Shown here piece after piece: positions 8,587 through 18,400 of a stretch of DNA of 24,000 nt. Under the pieces are notes generated by a model. The model ran no database searches. It was not told where the DNA came from and saw nothing but the letters and a program-made list of their open reading frames with translations. The stretch is from Alphaproteobacteria bacterium (GTDB lineage: Bacteria > Pseudomonadota > Alphaproteobacteria > JBILKX01). Both the position numbers and the translations under genes were made by a program. The stretch is taken from the NCBI GenBank assembly GCA_044376435.1, contig JBILKX010000001.1:2715-26714 (forward strand), given 5' to 3'. Numbering within the stretch: the first letter of the stretch is position 1; each line of letters begins with the position of its first letter.

Positions 8587-8630
8587 GCCAGGAAACTGGC
8601 TTCACGGATGGTCAGGTCGAATCTGACTAT
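8587..8630 (+). promoter_or_regulatory. Structured 5' leader upstream of rpsF (two hairpins); possible S6:S18 autoregulatory leader
   Basis: GCCAG-GAAA-CTGGC (8587-8600, GNRA tetraloop) and ATGGTCAG-gtcgaat-CTGACTAT (8608-8630), just upstream of the rpsF RBS. Functional assignment is speculative. Confidence 0.2.
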
Positions 8631-8653
8631 GCCGCAACCCAAAAGGATAAAAT

Positions 8654-9028
8654 ATGAGTAAATTTTTATATGAAACGGTGTTTTTAACCCGTCCAGAGCT
8701 CTCTCAAGCTCAGACTGAAAGCTTGGCTACTCAGTTCAGTGGTGTGATAAAGCAAAACGGTGGTGATGTTATTACTACAGAATATTGTGGGCTGAAAACG
8801 CTCGCTTATCGTATCAAGAAAAATCGTCGGGCTCACTATGTTTTGATGAATATTGCCGCATCTCCTGCAGCGATGAAGGAAACAGAGCGGCAAATGGGTT
8901 TGGATGAGAACATTTTACGCTTTTTAAGCGTGCGTGTGGAAAAGCATCAAAAAGGCCCATCTGCTTTGGCCAGTAAGCCTAGAGAACATCGCCGTGACCA
9001 AGATTTTGATAACGCAGAAGGATTCTAA
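8654..9028 (+). CDS. rpsF: 30S ribosomal protein S6
   Basis: 124 aa. [12 protein letters not shown]...[18 protein letters not shown]... is the classical S6 sequence. AAGGA RBS. Followed by rpsR. Confidence 0.95.
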   Translation: MSKFLYETVFLTRPELSQAQTESLATQFSGVIKQNGGDVITTEYCGLKTLAYRIKKNRRAHYVLMNIAASPAAMKETERQMGLDENILRFLSVRVEKHQKGPSALASKPREHRRDQDFDNAEGF

Positions 9029-9030
9029 TC

Positions 9031-9282
9031 ATGATAGAACAAACAAACCAACCTGGTGGTCGCCGCGTCAATTTTCGTCGCCGCAAGAGTTGCCCTTTTA
9101 CCGGTCCAGACGCAATTGCAGTTGACTATAAAGATGTGCGGTTGCTACAGCGCTATATGACCGACTATGGGAAAATTATCCCAAGCCGCATTACTGGTGT
9201 TTCAACCAAGAAGCAACGTGATGTTGCGGTTGCTATTAAGCGCGCACGTTTCTTAGGATTGCTTCCTTACGTTGTACGCTAA
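9031..9282 (+). CDS. rpsR: 30S ribosomal protein S18
   Basis: 83 aa. CPFTG...[33 protein letters not shown]...[13 protein letters not shown] is the canonical S18 sequence. Confidence 0.95.
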   Translation: MIEQTNQPGGRRVNFRRRKSCPFTGPDAIAVDYKDVRLLQRYMTDYGKIIPSRITGVSTKKQRDVAVAIKRARFLGLLPYVVR

Positions 9283-9289
9283 GCCGTGC

Positions 9290-9309
9290 AGTCGGGCGTG
9301 CCGACTTTA
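9290..9309 (+). terminator. Terminator candidate after rpsR
   Basis: AGTCGG-GCGTG-CCGACT hairpin (9290-9306) followed by TTT. A second 11-bp hairpin follows at 9316-9346 (AGCTCTCCTTG/CAAGGGGAGCT). Confidence 0.4.
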
Positions 9310-9459
9310 GATCTTAGCTCTCCTTGGTGTACAATCAAGGGGAGCTGAATCATAAATTTAAAGTTTTGGTTTTGTATTGTGGGTAAAGTTTTTCACTGTT
9401 CACTTGCAGAATCTGTCTATGTAAGGCAAAGCTTTAAGCTCTTAACTTGATTTTCTCTC

Positions 9460-11043
9460 ATGAAACTTATTAAATCTGTCACTGCCGTAGGTTTTTATAC
9501 GATTATTAGTCGTGTTGTAGGATTTCTGCGCGATATCTTAATGGCGTCGTATATTGGCACTGGAGCCATCATGGATCCTTTGGTGATTGCGATTAAGATT
9601 CCAAGCTTTGTGCGGCGTATTTTGGCTGAAGGGGCTTTCAATGCCTCATTTGTGCCAATGTTTACAGCATTGTTGACCTCAAGGTCGCGCCAGGAGGCGG
9701 CGACGTTTGCTCAAGAGGTGCTGACGATCTTGATGAGTGTGTTGTTGCCGTTGACGCTTGTTGTCGAAATTTTTATGCCATGGATCGTGCCGCTCTTGTC
9801 TCCAGGATTTAACGAAGAGATGATGCTTAGAGCGATAGAATTTACGCGTGTCACTTTCCCCTTTGTTGTCCTGATCTCGTTAACGGCTTTATTTAGTAGC
9901 ATCCTCAATTCATTCGATCGTTTTACGGCAGCTGCCTCTTCGCCAATTGCGGGCGGTGTGTTTGTCGTGTCTATACTTTTGTTGTATGGGCCTGGACATG
10001 TCGCGAGCGGTCAACCTGTGGCAATGGCTATTGTTGGCTCTGGGGTTGTGCAGCTGCTATGGGTAATGTTGCCGTGTTACTTAATGGGTATGAAAATTCA
10101 TTGGTGGCCTCGACCGCTGTCCTTAGAATCTCGAGCGTTTATTAAGCGAATGCTACCGGGGGCGGTTGGCTCAGGAGTAACCCAGATTAACCTGTTTGTT
10201 GATATGATTATTGCGTCCTTACTGCCCACAGGGACAATGTCATTTCTCTACTATGCGGATCGGTTTAATCAACTACCCATTAGTGTGCTGGGTTCAGCAA
10301 TTAGCACAGCTTTGTTGCCGATTATGGCACGTCAATGGCGATCTGGCGATCGGTCTAATGCTATGCATAATCAGAATCGGGCCATTGAATTTTCTATGCT
10401 TGTGGCCTTACCAATGATGATTGGTTTAATGTATTTAGCCTATCCGCTGATTCTTGTGGTGTTTCAGCGTAACGCGTTCTCAGTGGCGGCAACCCACGAG
10501 ACAGCGAAGGTTTTGGCCGCGTTCTCGAGTGGTTTGCCAGCATACATTTTAGTCAAGATTTTTAATACCAGCTTTTTCTCCCGTCAAGATACAACCACGC
10601 CGATCCGCGTTGCCACTATAAGTATGGTCTTGAATGTGGTCTTGAGTCTTCTCCTTATGCACCCTCTGAAGCATGTCGGTATTGCCTTAGCCCCGTCGAT
10701 CGCTGCTTGGACCAGTGCTGGCATTTTAGGCGCGTTGTTATACCGTCAGCAATATTTAGTTATTGATGAAAATCTAAAACGATTTATCCCACGTGTCTTG
10801 ATTTGTTGTGTGGTATTAGTCATGGTCTTAATGTTGGCACGCCATGGTTTAACACCGTATTTAGAAAGTGGTGATGGATGGTGGATACGCAGCCTGGCGT
10901 TAACAGCTCTAGTCTGCATCGGGATTGTTACTTTCTTAGTGTCTAGCTATGCAACCGGATGTGTCGATTTCAAAGACCTGGTCCAGCATGTCACATTCAA
11001 TGATGAAGAGGCACCTAAGTCTCAGTCTTATCATTCATACTAG
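9460..11043 (+). CDS. murJ: Lipid II flippase MurJ (MviN family)
   Basis: 527-aa polytopic membrane protein. N-terminus ...TIISRVVGFLRDILMASYIGTGAIMDPLVIAIKIPSFVRRILAEGAFNASFVPMF is typical of MurJ. Confidence 0.92.
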   Translation: MKLIKSVTAVGFYTIISRVVGFLRDILMASYIGTGAIMDPLVIAIKIPSFVRRILAEGAFNASFVPMFTALLTSRSRQEAATFAQEVLTILMSVLLPLTLVVEIFMPWIVPLLSPGFNEEMMLRAIEFTRVTFPFVVLISLTALFSSILNSFDRFTAAASSPIAGGVFVVSILLLYGPGHVASGQPVAMAIVGSGVVQLLWVMLPCYLMGMKIHWWPRPLSLESRAFIKRMLPGAVGSGVTQINLFVDMIIASLLPTGTMSFLYYADRFNQLPISVLGSAISTALLPIMARQWRSGDRSNAMHNQNRAIEFSMLVALPMMIGLMYLAYPLILVVFQRNAFSVAATHETAKVLAAFSSGLPAYILVKIFNTSFFSRQDTTTPIRVATISMVLNVVLSLLLMHPLKHVGIALAPSIAAWTSAGILGALLYRQQYLVIDENLKRFIPRVLICCVVLVMVLMLARHGLTPYLESGDGWWIRSLALTALVCIGIVTFLVSSYATGCVDFKDLVQHVTFNDEEAPKSQSYHSY

Positions 11044-11058
11044 TAGAGTGAGGTAAAA

Positions 11059-11496
11059 ATGCCCCCCAAGGTAGCAGTCTACACGACTTACCAGTCTGAT
11101 CCTTACAAGGTAGTCGCAAAGCTACTTGAAAAAGTGTATAGCTCTGGACAGCGTGCACTTGTGTTGTGCCCTGACGAGAAGATGGCAACCCTCGATACCA
11201 CCCTTTGGACCTACCACCCCGGTAGTTTCTTACCGCATGGTATGATGACAGATGCTTTTCCTGAAAATCAGCCTATCTTATTAGCTGACAAGAGTACTAA
11301 AGCAAACAACGCCGCGGTTTTGTTGATTGCTGGGACAACAGTGCCTGAAAATGTTAATGAATTTGAAAAAATTGTGTGGGTTGTTGATGGCGCTGATACA
11401 CAGGCAATCGCGCTTTCTGAGGCCTGGGGACGCGCCTATGTTGGTGAGGTTATATATTGGCGCCAAACCGTGGATGGACAATGGCAGATGGCATAA
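11059..11496 (+). CDS. holC: DNA polymerase III chi subunit
   Basis: 145 aa. GQRALVLCPDE.....LD..LWTY.PGSFLPHG matches the HolC signature. GAGG RBS. Confidence 0.82.
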   Translation: MPPKVAVYTTYQSDPYKVVAKLLEKVYSSGQRALVLCPDEKMATLDTTLWTYHPGSFLPHGMMTDAFPENQPILLADKSTKANNAAVLLIAGTTVPENVNEFEKIVWVVDGADTQAIALSEAWGRAYVGEVIYWRQTVDGQWQMA

Positions 11497-14400
11497 TCCA
11501 AGGCAAGGAACGCTTTGTAGGCGACATTGAGCCGCTTCTCGCTGTTGAAGCCGTAGGGCAGGCTAAGGGCACGATTCTATTCGTGGCACGTGATCGTGTC
11601 CAGGCTGAGACATTAGTAACAGCGATACCATTCTTTAGGCCGGACGCTAAGGTCATAGTGTTTCCTGCATGGGATTGTGTCCCTTATGACCGGGTGTCAC
11701 CAAGCACGGCAATCATTCAGCAGCGCCTCTATGCCCGCTGGCAATTGGAGCAAACGCAGCCAAATCAACAGTGTTGGCTTATTGTCCCTGCCGCGGCGTT
11801 AATGCAAAAAGTTGGCCCGGCGCCAAGGAGTTTCCAGCTTGGAGTTGGCGCTAGTATAGATCGTGAGCAGCTTTTGTTGTGGTTAAGTAACCACGGATAT
11901 CAGCGAGTTGATATGGTCGTTGGGCCTGGTGACTTTGCAGTACGTGGGAGCTTAATTGATATTTTCCCCAGTGCCGCTATGCACCCAGTGCGGCTTGACT
12001 GGTTTGGGAACATACTCGACACAATGAGCACCATAGATGTTGAATCACAGCGCTCTATGGACGCATGCCCAGAGCTTACTTTGTTGCCGATGACTGAAAT
12101 CATTCTCGACGCTGCAACACAGACTCGGTTTCTATCTCGCTATCGGGAAGTTTTTAATGTTGACTTTTCTGACCCGATGTACGTCTCTGTCCAACAAGGT
12201 CGAAATTATCAGGGAAGTGAGCATCTAATGCCGCTTTTTTATGAGAATGTCCTGCCCTTATGGGAGAGTATCCCCGTAAGCATGGTCGTTGTGGGTAATG
12301 GCGTTACAGAGGCTGTGGCAGCGCAGTGGCAACAGATACAAGATCATTATCAGGCACGACAAACGGTCTCTACCTTAGCGTTCACGCTCGACGCTCCGTA
12401 TTATGCCTTGTCCCCAGATTCATTGTATATGACCCCTCAAGAGGTAAGTACCAACTTAGTCAAGTATAACACACATTTCCTCCATGATAGCAAACGCCCT
12501 GAGCGATTTGAGAATCCCCCAAGCTCGGCAGCCTCCCCCCTGATGGCGATAGATTGGCTGAAACAGCAGTCAGAAGCGGCAGCGATTGTAATTGGTTGTG
12601 CGAGTCACGGTCGTCAATCGCGCGCGCGGCATATGTTAGAAGAGGCGGGGCTGTCAGTGGCCGCAGACGTCGCGACATGGTCAGAGTGTAAATCAGTGGC
12701 AGCTGGCACCATAGCGCTCGTGCCACTCGCGGTTAACGTTGCTTGGTCTTATCGCGAGCAGGGGGTACCCCTTATCATTGTTGTGCCAGATACTCTCTTA
12801 TTTGGGGCCATTGAGGTCAGTCGTGGACGCGCGCCTCAGAAGGCATCTTTAGGTATCCATGATTTAAATGTGGGGGATCTCGTGGTGCATGCCGATCATG
12901 GTGTCGGGCGGTATGAAGGCTTGATTGTGCTTGAAGTCATGGGATACCCACATGATTGTCTCCAAGTGGTGTATGCCGGTGGCGATAAGCTATTTGTGCC
13001 GGTTGAAAATATCGGTATTTTAAGCCGCTATGGCAGTGAAACCGCTGATCTGGATAAGCTTGGAAGTACGGCCTGGCAACACCGTAAAGCGCGTGTGAAA
13101 AATCGGTTGACGGAGATTGCGCACCACCTGATGCGCATCGCTGCGGAGCGCAAGACTCATCAAGGCACACTCATTGAGGCGGGCTCAGACTACACACAAT
13201 TCTGCCATAAATTCCCTTATCCAGAGACACCGGATCAGCAGCGCGCCATCAGTGACGTAATGGAGGATTTAGCCTCGGGGCGTCCGATGGATCGGCTTGT
13301 CTGCGGGGATGTGGGATTTGGCAAAACAGAGGTGGCGATGCGCGCCGCTTACGCTGTTGCAAGCCAAGGATTTCAGGTGGCTGTGGTGGTGCCGACAACC
13401 ATTCTGTGTCAGCAGCATTACGAGAATTTCCAAGAGCGGTTCCAAGGGACGGGGGTTCATATCGCGGCACTATCGCGACTTGTTCCCGATAAGCAGGTGC
13501 GTCAGGTGCGCTCACAGCTCGCCACTGGAGAGGTGCAAATCGTGGTGGCGACTCACGGTATTCTCTCGGATAAAACACAGTGGCAAAATCTAGGGCTTGT
13601 CATCATTGATGAGGAACACCACTTTGGTGTTGCCCAAAAAGAGAAGCTCAAAGAACTGCGCAGTACGGTGCATGTCTTAACATTAACAGCAACTCCCATT
13701 CCACGTACCCTACAAATGGCCCTTGCCGGCGTGCGAGATTTAAGTTTAATCACAACGCCGCCCATCGATCGACTGCCAGTCCATACGGTAGGCTTGATTA
13801 AAGATCCGCTGGTCATCCGTGATGCGATATTACGTGAAAGATTTCGCGGGGGGCAGGTGTTTTATGTGTGTCCTCGTATCGAGGATCTGGCTGTGCTCGA
13901 AGCAGAAGTGCGAGAGCTGGTCCCAGAAATGCGGATTTTAACGGCCCATGGTCAAATGCCAACTGCAGCTTTAGAAAAAGCTATGCACGCCTTCTATACG
14001 CGCCAATTTGATCTGCTGCTATGCACAAATATCATTGAGTCAGGAATTGATATCCCAACGGCGAATACCATGATCGTGCATCGTGCGGATATGTTCGGGT
14101 TGTCACAACTCTATCAGCTGCGCGGTCGTGTTGGGCGGGCGAAAGTGCGTGGGTATGCTTACCTGACAGTGACTGCGCAAGCCTACCAAATTCCTTCAGT
14201 GCAAAAACGTTTGGAAGTAATTCAGAGCCTCGACTACTTGGGCGCGGGATTTGCTTTGGCAAGTCACGATATGGAGCTGCGCGGGGCAGGTAATCTTGTG
14301 GGCAAGGAGCAATCAGGGCATATTCGTGAAGTTGGCACAGAGCTGTATCAGCAGCTATTAGATGAGGCTTTAGAAGCGGTGCGTAGTGGCGAAGTCGCTC

Positions 14401-14882
14401 CAGCTGTGGAAAATGAAGTGCAGATTAATGTGGGGATGCCGGTGATGATTCCCGAAGCGTACGTCAACAGCTTAAGTATTCGGTTGCAGCTGTATCGGCG
14501 ATTGGGGGCGGTAAAGACACAGGCAGAGATCGATACGTTGGCAGCTGAGTTCGTTGACCGCTTTGGCCCCTTGCCAGACGAGGTTAAAAATCTTCTTGTC
14601 ATCATGACGCTTAAGGTGATGTGCCGCGCTTGTAGTGTGAAAAAGCTGGATGCGGGGCCAAAAGGTATGGTGGTAACCTTTGCGCCTCAGGGGGCGGTGG
14701 ATCCGCTGCGTCTTGTCGCGTGGGTGCAGAAAAATCCAATTACCCGGCAAATCAAGCCAGATCAGCGCTTAATTATTGTCGAGCCATGGCCAGATATTCA
14801 AACGCGCGTGGCTGGGATCAAGCGGTTGTTAGCAGAAATGACCGAGGCATTTGGGGGGGAGGAGCATGGCATTCCACATTGA
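11481..14882 (+). CDS. mfd: Transcription-repair coupling factor Mfd
   Basis: The ORF opens at 11457 (TTG). I prefer the ATG at 11481 (MADGIIQGK...), which overlaps the holC stop. CarD-like RNAP-interacting domain (GDLVVHADHGVGRYEGL), SF2 helicase motifs (GDVGFGKTEVA, DEEHHFG, TATPIPRT, QLRGRVGR) and a TRG-like region. Confidence 0.95.
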   Translation: MADGIIQGKERFVGDIEPLLAVEAVGQAKGTILFVARDRVQAETLVTAIPFFRPDAKVIVFPAWDCVPYDRVSPSTAIIQQRLYARWQLEQTQPNQQCWLIVPAAALMQKVGPAPRSFQLGVGASIDREQLLLWLSNHGYQRVDMVVGPGDFAVRGSLIDIFPSAAMHPVRLDWFGNILDTMSTIDVESQRSMDACPELTLLPMTEIILDAATQTRFLSRYREVFNVDFSDPMYVSVQQGRNYQGSEHLMPLFYENVLPLWESIPVSMVVVGNGVTEAVAAQWQQIQDHYQARQTVSTLAFTLDAPYYALSPDSLYMTPQEVSTNLVKYNTHFLHDSKRPERFENPPSSAASPLMAIDWLKQQSEAAAIVIGCASHGRQSRARHMLEEAGLSVAADVATWSECKSVAAGTIALVPLAVNVAWSYREQGVPLIIVVPDTLLFGAIEVSRGRAPQKASLGIHDLNVGDLVVHADHGVGRYEGLIVLEVMGYPHDCLQVVYAGGDKLFVPVENIGILSRYGSETADLDKLGSTAWQHRKARVKNRLTEIAHHLMRIAAERKTHQGTLIEAGSDYTQFCHKFPYPETPDQQRAISDVMEDLASGRPMDRLVCGDVGFGKTEVAMRAAYAVASQGFQVAVVVPTTILCQQHYENFQERFQGTGVHIAALSRLVPDKQVRQVRSQLATGEVQIVVATHGILSDKTQWQNLGLVIIDEEHHFGVAQKEKLKELRSTVHVLTLTATPIPRTLQMALAGVRDLSLITTPPIDRLPVHTVGLIKDPLVIRDAILRERFRGGQVFYVCPRIEDLAVLEAEVRELVPEMRILTAHGQMPTAALEKAMHAFYTRQFDLLLCTNIIESGIDIPTANTMIVHRADMFGLSQLYQLRGRVGRAKVRGYAYLTVTAQAYQIPSVQKRLEVIQSLDYLGAGFALASHDMELRGAGNLVGKEQSGHIREVGTELYQQLLDEALEAVRSGEVAPAVENEVQINVGMPVMIPEAYVNSLSIRLQLYRRLGAVKTQAEIDTLAAEFVDRFGPLPDEVKNLLVIMTLKVMCRACSVKKLDAGPKGMVVTFAPQGAVDPLRLVAWVQKNPITRQIKPDQRLIIVEPWPDIQTRVAGIKRLLAEMTEAFGGEEHGIPH

Positions 14883-15360
14883 TATTTCAGTCCACGATTC
14901 GCGATGGCGGAAAGTCTGTCCATCCCTCTATCCCCATGTGCGGAAGATGGTGCGCGCGTCCGTGCAAGCGGGGATGTCAGATATAACCGCTTATGCGCGG
15001 CGAGGGGGTGTCGTGATGATTAGCGTGCTGCTCACCCACGACGCGGAGATGCAGGGCTTAAACCACCACTATCGTGGTAAGGACAAGCCCACCAATGTTT
15101 TATCGTTTGCCACCGTATCTCCAGAGATGATGCCACAGCTGTTGGTATCAAAATCTCAGCCGATTGTCTTGGGGGACATTATTATCGCTTATGAAACCGT
15201 CGCTCGCGAGGCAGTCGAGCTCAGCAAATCTTTCAAGGATCATTTTAACCACATGCTCGTGCATGGGAGTCTGCATCTTTTGGGCTATGATCATGAAACT
15301 GATGAACAAGCAGAAATCATGGAGCCACTGGAAGCAAAGATTCTGGGCGATTTGCATTGA
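14866..15360 (+). CDS. ybeY: rRNA maturation endoribonuclease YbeY
   Basis: The ORF opens at 14851. The ATG at 14866 (MAFHIDISV...) is preceded by GGGGGAGGAG. Motifs YRGKDKPTNVLSF and the zinc site HGSLHLLGYDH. Confidence 0.92.
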   Translation: MAFHIDISVHDSRWRKVCPSLYPHVRKMVRASVQAGMSDITAYARRGGVVMISVLLTHDAEMQGLNHHYRGKDKPTNVLSFATVSPEMMPQLLVSKSQPIVLGDIIIAYETVAREAVELSKSFKDHFNHMLVHGSLHLLGYDHETDEQAEIMEPLEAKILGDLH

Positions 15361-15376
15361 GTTGTTCAGGTTTGTG

Positions 15377-15408
15377 TGTATCGATCCTAAGCCAATTTCA
15401 GGACTCAC
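15377..15408. repeat. Left copy of the 32-bp direct repeat bracketing the giant gene
   Basis: TGTATCGATCCTAAGCCAATTTCAGGACTCAC versus TGTATCGATCCTAAGCCACGTTTAGGACTTAC at 22561-22592: 28/32 identical, with the first 18 nt perfect. It contains an imperfect hairpin (TCCTAAG.../...AGGA). Confidence 0.8.
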
Positions 15409-15421
15409 CATTCACGGGGGA

Positions 15422-18400
15422 CTATAGAAACTCGCGTTTCTGAGCCTGATATTCGACTTGCTGACGTAGCATCTCTTCAAGCTGGGTTTTATGCTTCTTC
15501 AACTCTTTGTGGGCGAGGTCCTGGTACAACTGCAGGTATTCGGGCTTGGCATCGGCAAGGTCGCCGTTAAAGGGAATCCCCCTTTCGTCCCGAAGCTCAG
15601 GCTGTAAGGACAGATACCGCTTGCCGAGTTTTGTGTGCATTGCGTTATCAATATTACTGCTTAGGTCCATCTGGGCGAATATGAGAGGTAGAAGCCAGCC
15701 CAGTTTACCGGCTTCAGGATTCACTGCCCTATAGTCAGAGGTGCCCTGACCAGTCCCCAGAGATAGAATGTGGACGTTCTGCTCGTAAGGTAGAATATCC
15801 TCATGGCGACGTTTGATCGCCTCCAGCACCAGCTCGGCCGGATTGTTCTTCCAGATCCCGCCATCGAGGAACGTATACGGCTTCTCTGCCGGCTTCCAGT
15901 TCATAATCTCATGGTGGCTATAGGTTGGCCTTGTGCGCCTCAGATTGTAAATCTGGGCCGACGAGAAGTAGGTTGGCGCGGCTGACGTGGCCCGCCCGAC
16001 ATCGCGCATGAGAAAATCCCAATGCGCATGCCGCTGGGCATTCCAGCTATCAAAAATGAACGGCGTAAACGGCGAAGTTGACCCATCAACCGTGGTTACC
16101 AGCACATTGGTTAAGGTGTCGCTGAGATGGAGGTCTTGAAACGAGTGACTCAGCAGGGCTTCTAAACCATCAGCTGAGTACTTGTTCTCTAAGATTCCCA
16201 TTGTCTTAGGCGTAAAGATCTTATGACCATGCTCCGTAAACAGCTTGGTCAGCTCAGCTAAGTCCGCAATCTGGCGCGTGTGCCCATCGGCAGACGCTGT
16301 ACAACCTAACGCCAGAATCCCTCCAATGGAGGTGCCGCCGAGGTAATCAAAGAGCTCATGAATCTGGAAGGCCTTCTTGGTATAATCCTTAGAACGGGTT
16401 TCCAATGCCTCGAGTATCACAGCTGGAATCAGACCACGGATGCCCCCGCCACAAATCGAAAGACCATAATAGTGGTTGGGAGTGTCTTTAGGGAAAGCGT
16501 GACGCGTGTCTGAAACGTATCCCTCCGTGGGGTTCGCAAGCGGTTTCGTCCAAAATGGCGAACCCTCATCTAGAAAGGTGGTTTGGGATATGCGCTCTGG
16601 AATCGCTGTGATGGAAGATAGTTCGTTGCCGTGAGATACCTCTTGCTTGCCGTTATTCTCCGCTCTTTCCATACCTGGGCTTTCTTCCTTCAGGATGAGC
16701 AGGTTGTAGTGGGTTAAGCCATGGGTATGAAGCGCATAGACGGTATTCCCCGTGGCGCTTGGGTTAGCGGTATGGACACAGATCACCTCCTGGGAGCTGC
16801 CTGGCTTTTTCTGCCAGACGTGAGCCTTAGTATTGGTAAGCTTAGCCAACGCATCCAGGCTGGCAGTGCTTCCAGGGATGTAGCTCAGCCACCCGCCCTT
16901 GGCGAGATAGCCCAAGACAAACTCGGTGAAGATGTCGGGGTCGAGGCCGTAGGTGTTCAGGGTGCGCTCAATGTCATCACAGATTTTGATCGCTTTGAGT
17001 AGGGCAGCTTTCTCACTGGTGTAAAATGCATCGGCCATCGTGTCGAATAGCTTGAGCAGCGCTGCCGCCTCATGGAAAACCGAAGTCTTTAAGCTGGTAT
17101 TGATCTTGCGAAGCGTCTCATCCATGTCGCTCTGGGCTTTATGGTATTGCTGGGCGAGAGCCTGACCGCCGCTGTCTTTCAAGGTCGGTGGCAGCGTCCC
17201 TGTCACTAGTGCCGCCTTGATTTCTGACTGGATGAGTTGGCGAATCTCTTTGGCGATCTCCGGTTGGTTTTGCGACTCGAGAAGCTTTTCCACCGCGGTA
17301 TCGCGGTCTAGCCCGAGCACATTAAATCCGCAGCTCGCAGCATTATGGACCGTGTCGAACTCACTCATCTTGGCTTCTTCGAAGATGAGGGTGTGGCCTT
17401 GGGGAGAAAGCTTGCCTTTTAGCGGGAGAGACACAGTGGGGAGGCTAGCGGTAGACAGCGGGATCAAGAGAGGAGACACTGGCTTTTCAGCTTTGGGGGA
17501 CGCCATGGACGGTATCTGTGTCTGAAGGAGTTGCCTGCCAGAGCTTGCCTGTCGAGAGCGGTTTCTCTCAACAGCCTCGGAGATCTCATGCCTTAGTTTC
17601 TCGCCAATCTGATTATGACTTAAGTCTAGCCATGTCAGAGCGGAATTGGAGAGGAGAGCCTGGGCCATCGATGCTGCGCCGCTGTCGCCAATCTGATTCC
17701 CCACTAAGTTTAGGTCTGTCAGAGCGGAATTGGAGAGGAGCGCCTGGGCCATCGATGCCGCCCCCTGGTCGCCCATCTGATTACTCCCTAAGTTTAGCTG
17801 TCTCAGAGCGGAGTTTGTGAGCAGAGCCTGGGCCATCGATGCCGCCCCGCTGGCGCCAATCTGATTCTGCCCTAAGTCTAGGCGTGTCAGAGCGGCGTTT
17901 GTGAGCAGAGCTTGGGCGATCGATGCCGCCCCCTGGTCGCCAATCTCATTATGCCCTAAGTTTAGCTGTCTCAGAGCGGAGTTTGTGAGCAGAGCCTGGG
18001 CGATCGATGCCGCCCCCTTGGCGCCAATGTAATTACTCCCTAAGTTTAGCTGTCTCAGAGCGGAGTTTGTGAGCAGAGCCTGGGCGATCGATGCCGCCCC
18101 GCTGGCGCCCATCTGATTATCCTCTAAGTCTAGCTGTCTCAGAGCGGAATTTGTGAGCAGAGCCTGGGCCATCGATGCCGCTCCTTTATCACCAATCTGA
18201 TTAATAGATAAGTCTAGCTGTCTCAGAGCGGAATTTGTGAGCAGAGCCTGGGCCATCGATGCCGCCCCGCTGGCGCCAATCTGATTCCACGTTAAGTTTA
18301 GCTGTGTCAGAGCGGCGTTCCTTTGAAGAATATCGGCGAAGAATTGTGCTCCTTGATCATCAATCTGATTTTGCGCTAAGTTTAGCTCTGTTAGAGAGAC

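Noticed and set aside
8408-8605. 65-aa minus-strand ORF.
   Set aside because: It is antisense to tRNA-Thr; its peptide ...SESNQRPTDYKSVALPAELN is a typical translated-tRNA artefact.
11457-11480. TTG at 11457 as the mfd start, and 14851 as the ybeY start, as given by the ORF track.
   Set aside because: In-frame ATG codons at 11481 and 14866 give N-termini that look more typical. In the ybeY case the ATG is preceded by a strong GGAGG-like RBS. The upstream extension remains possible.
17603-18394. Regularly spaced repeats that could be mistaken for a CRISPR array.
   Set aside because: The whole 84-bp unit is conserved, so there are no unique spacers. The period is a multiple of 3 and the array lies in frame inside a 6.8-kb ORF encoding LRRs. 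No cas genes or leader are present.
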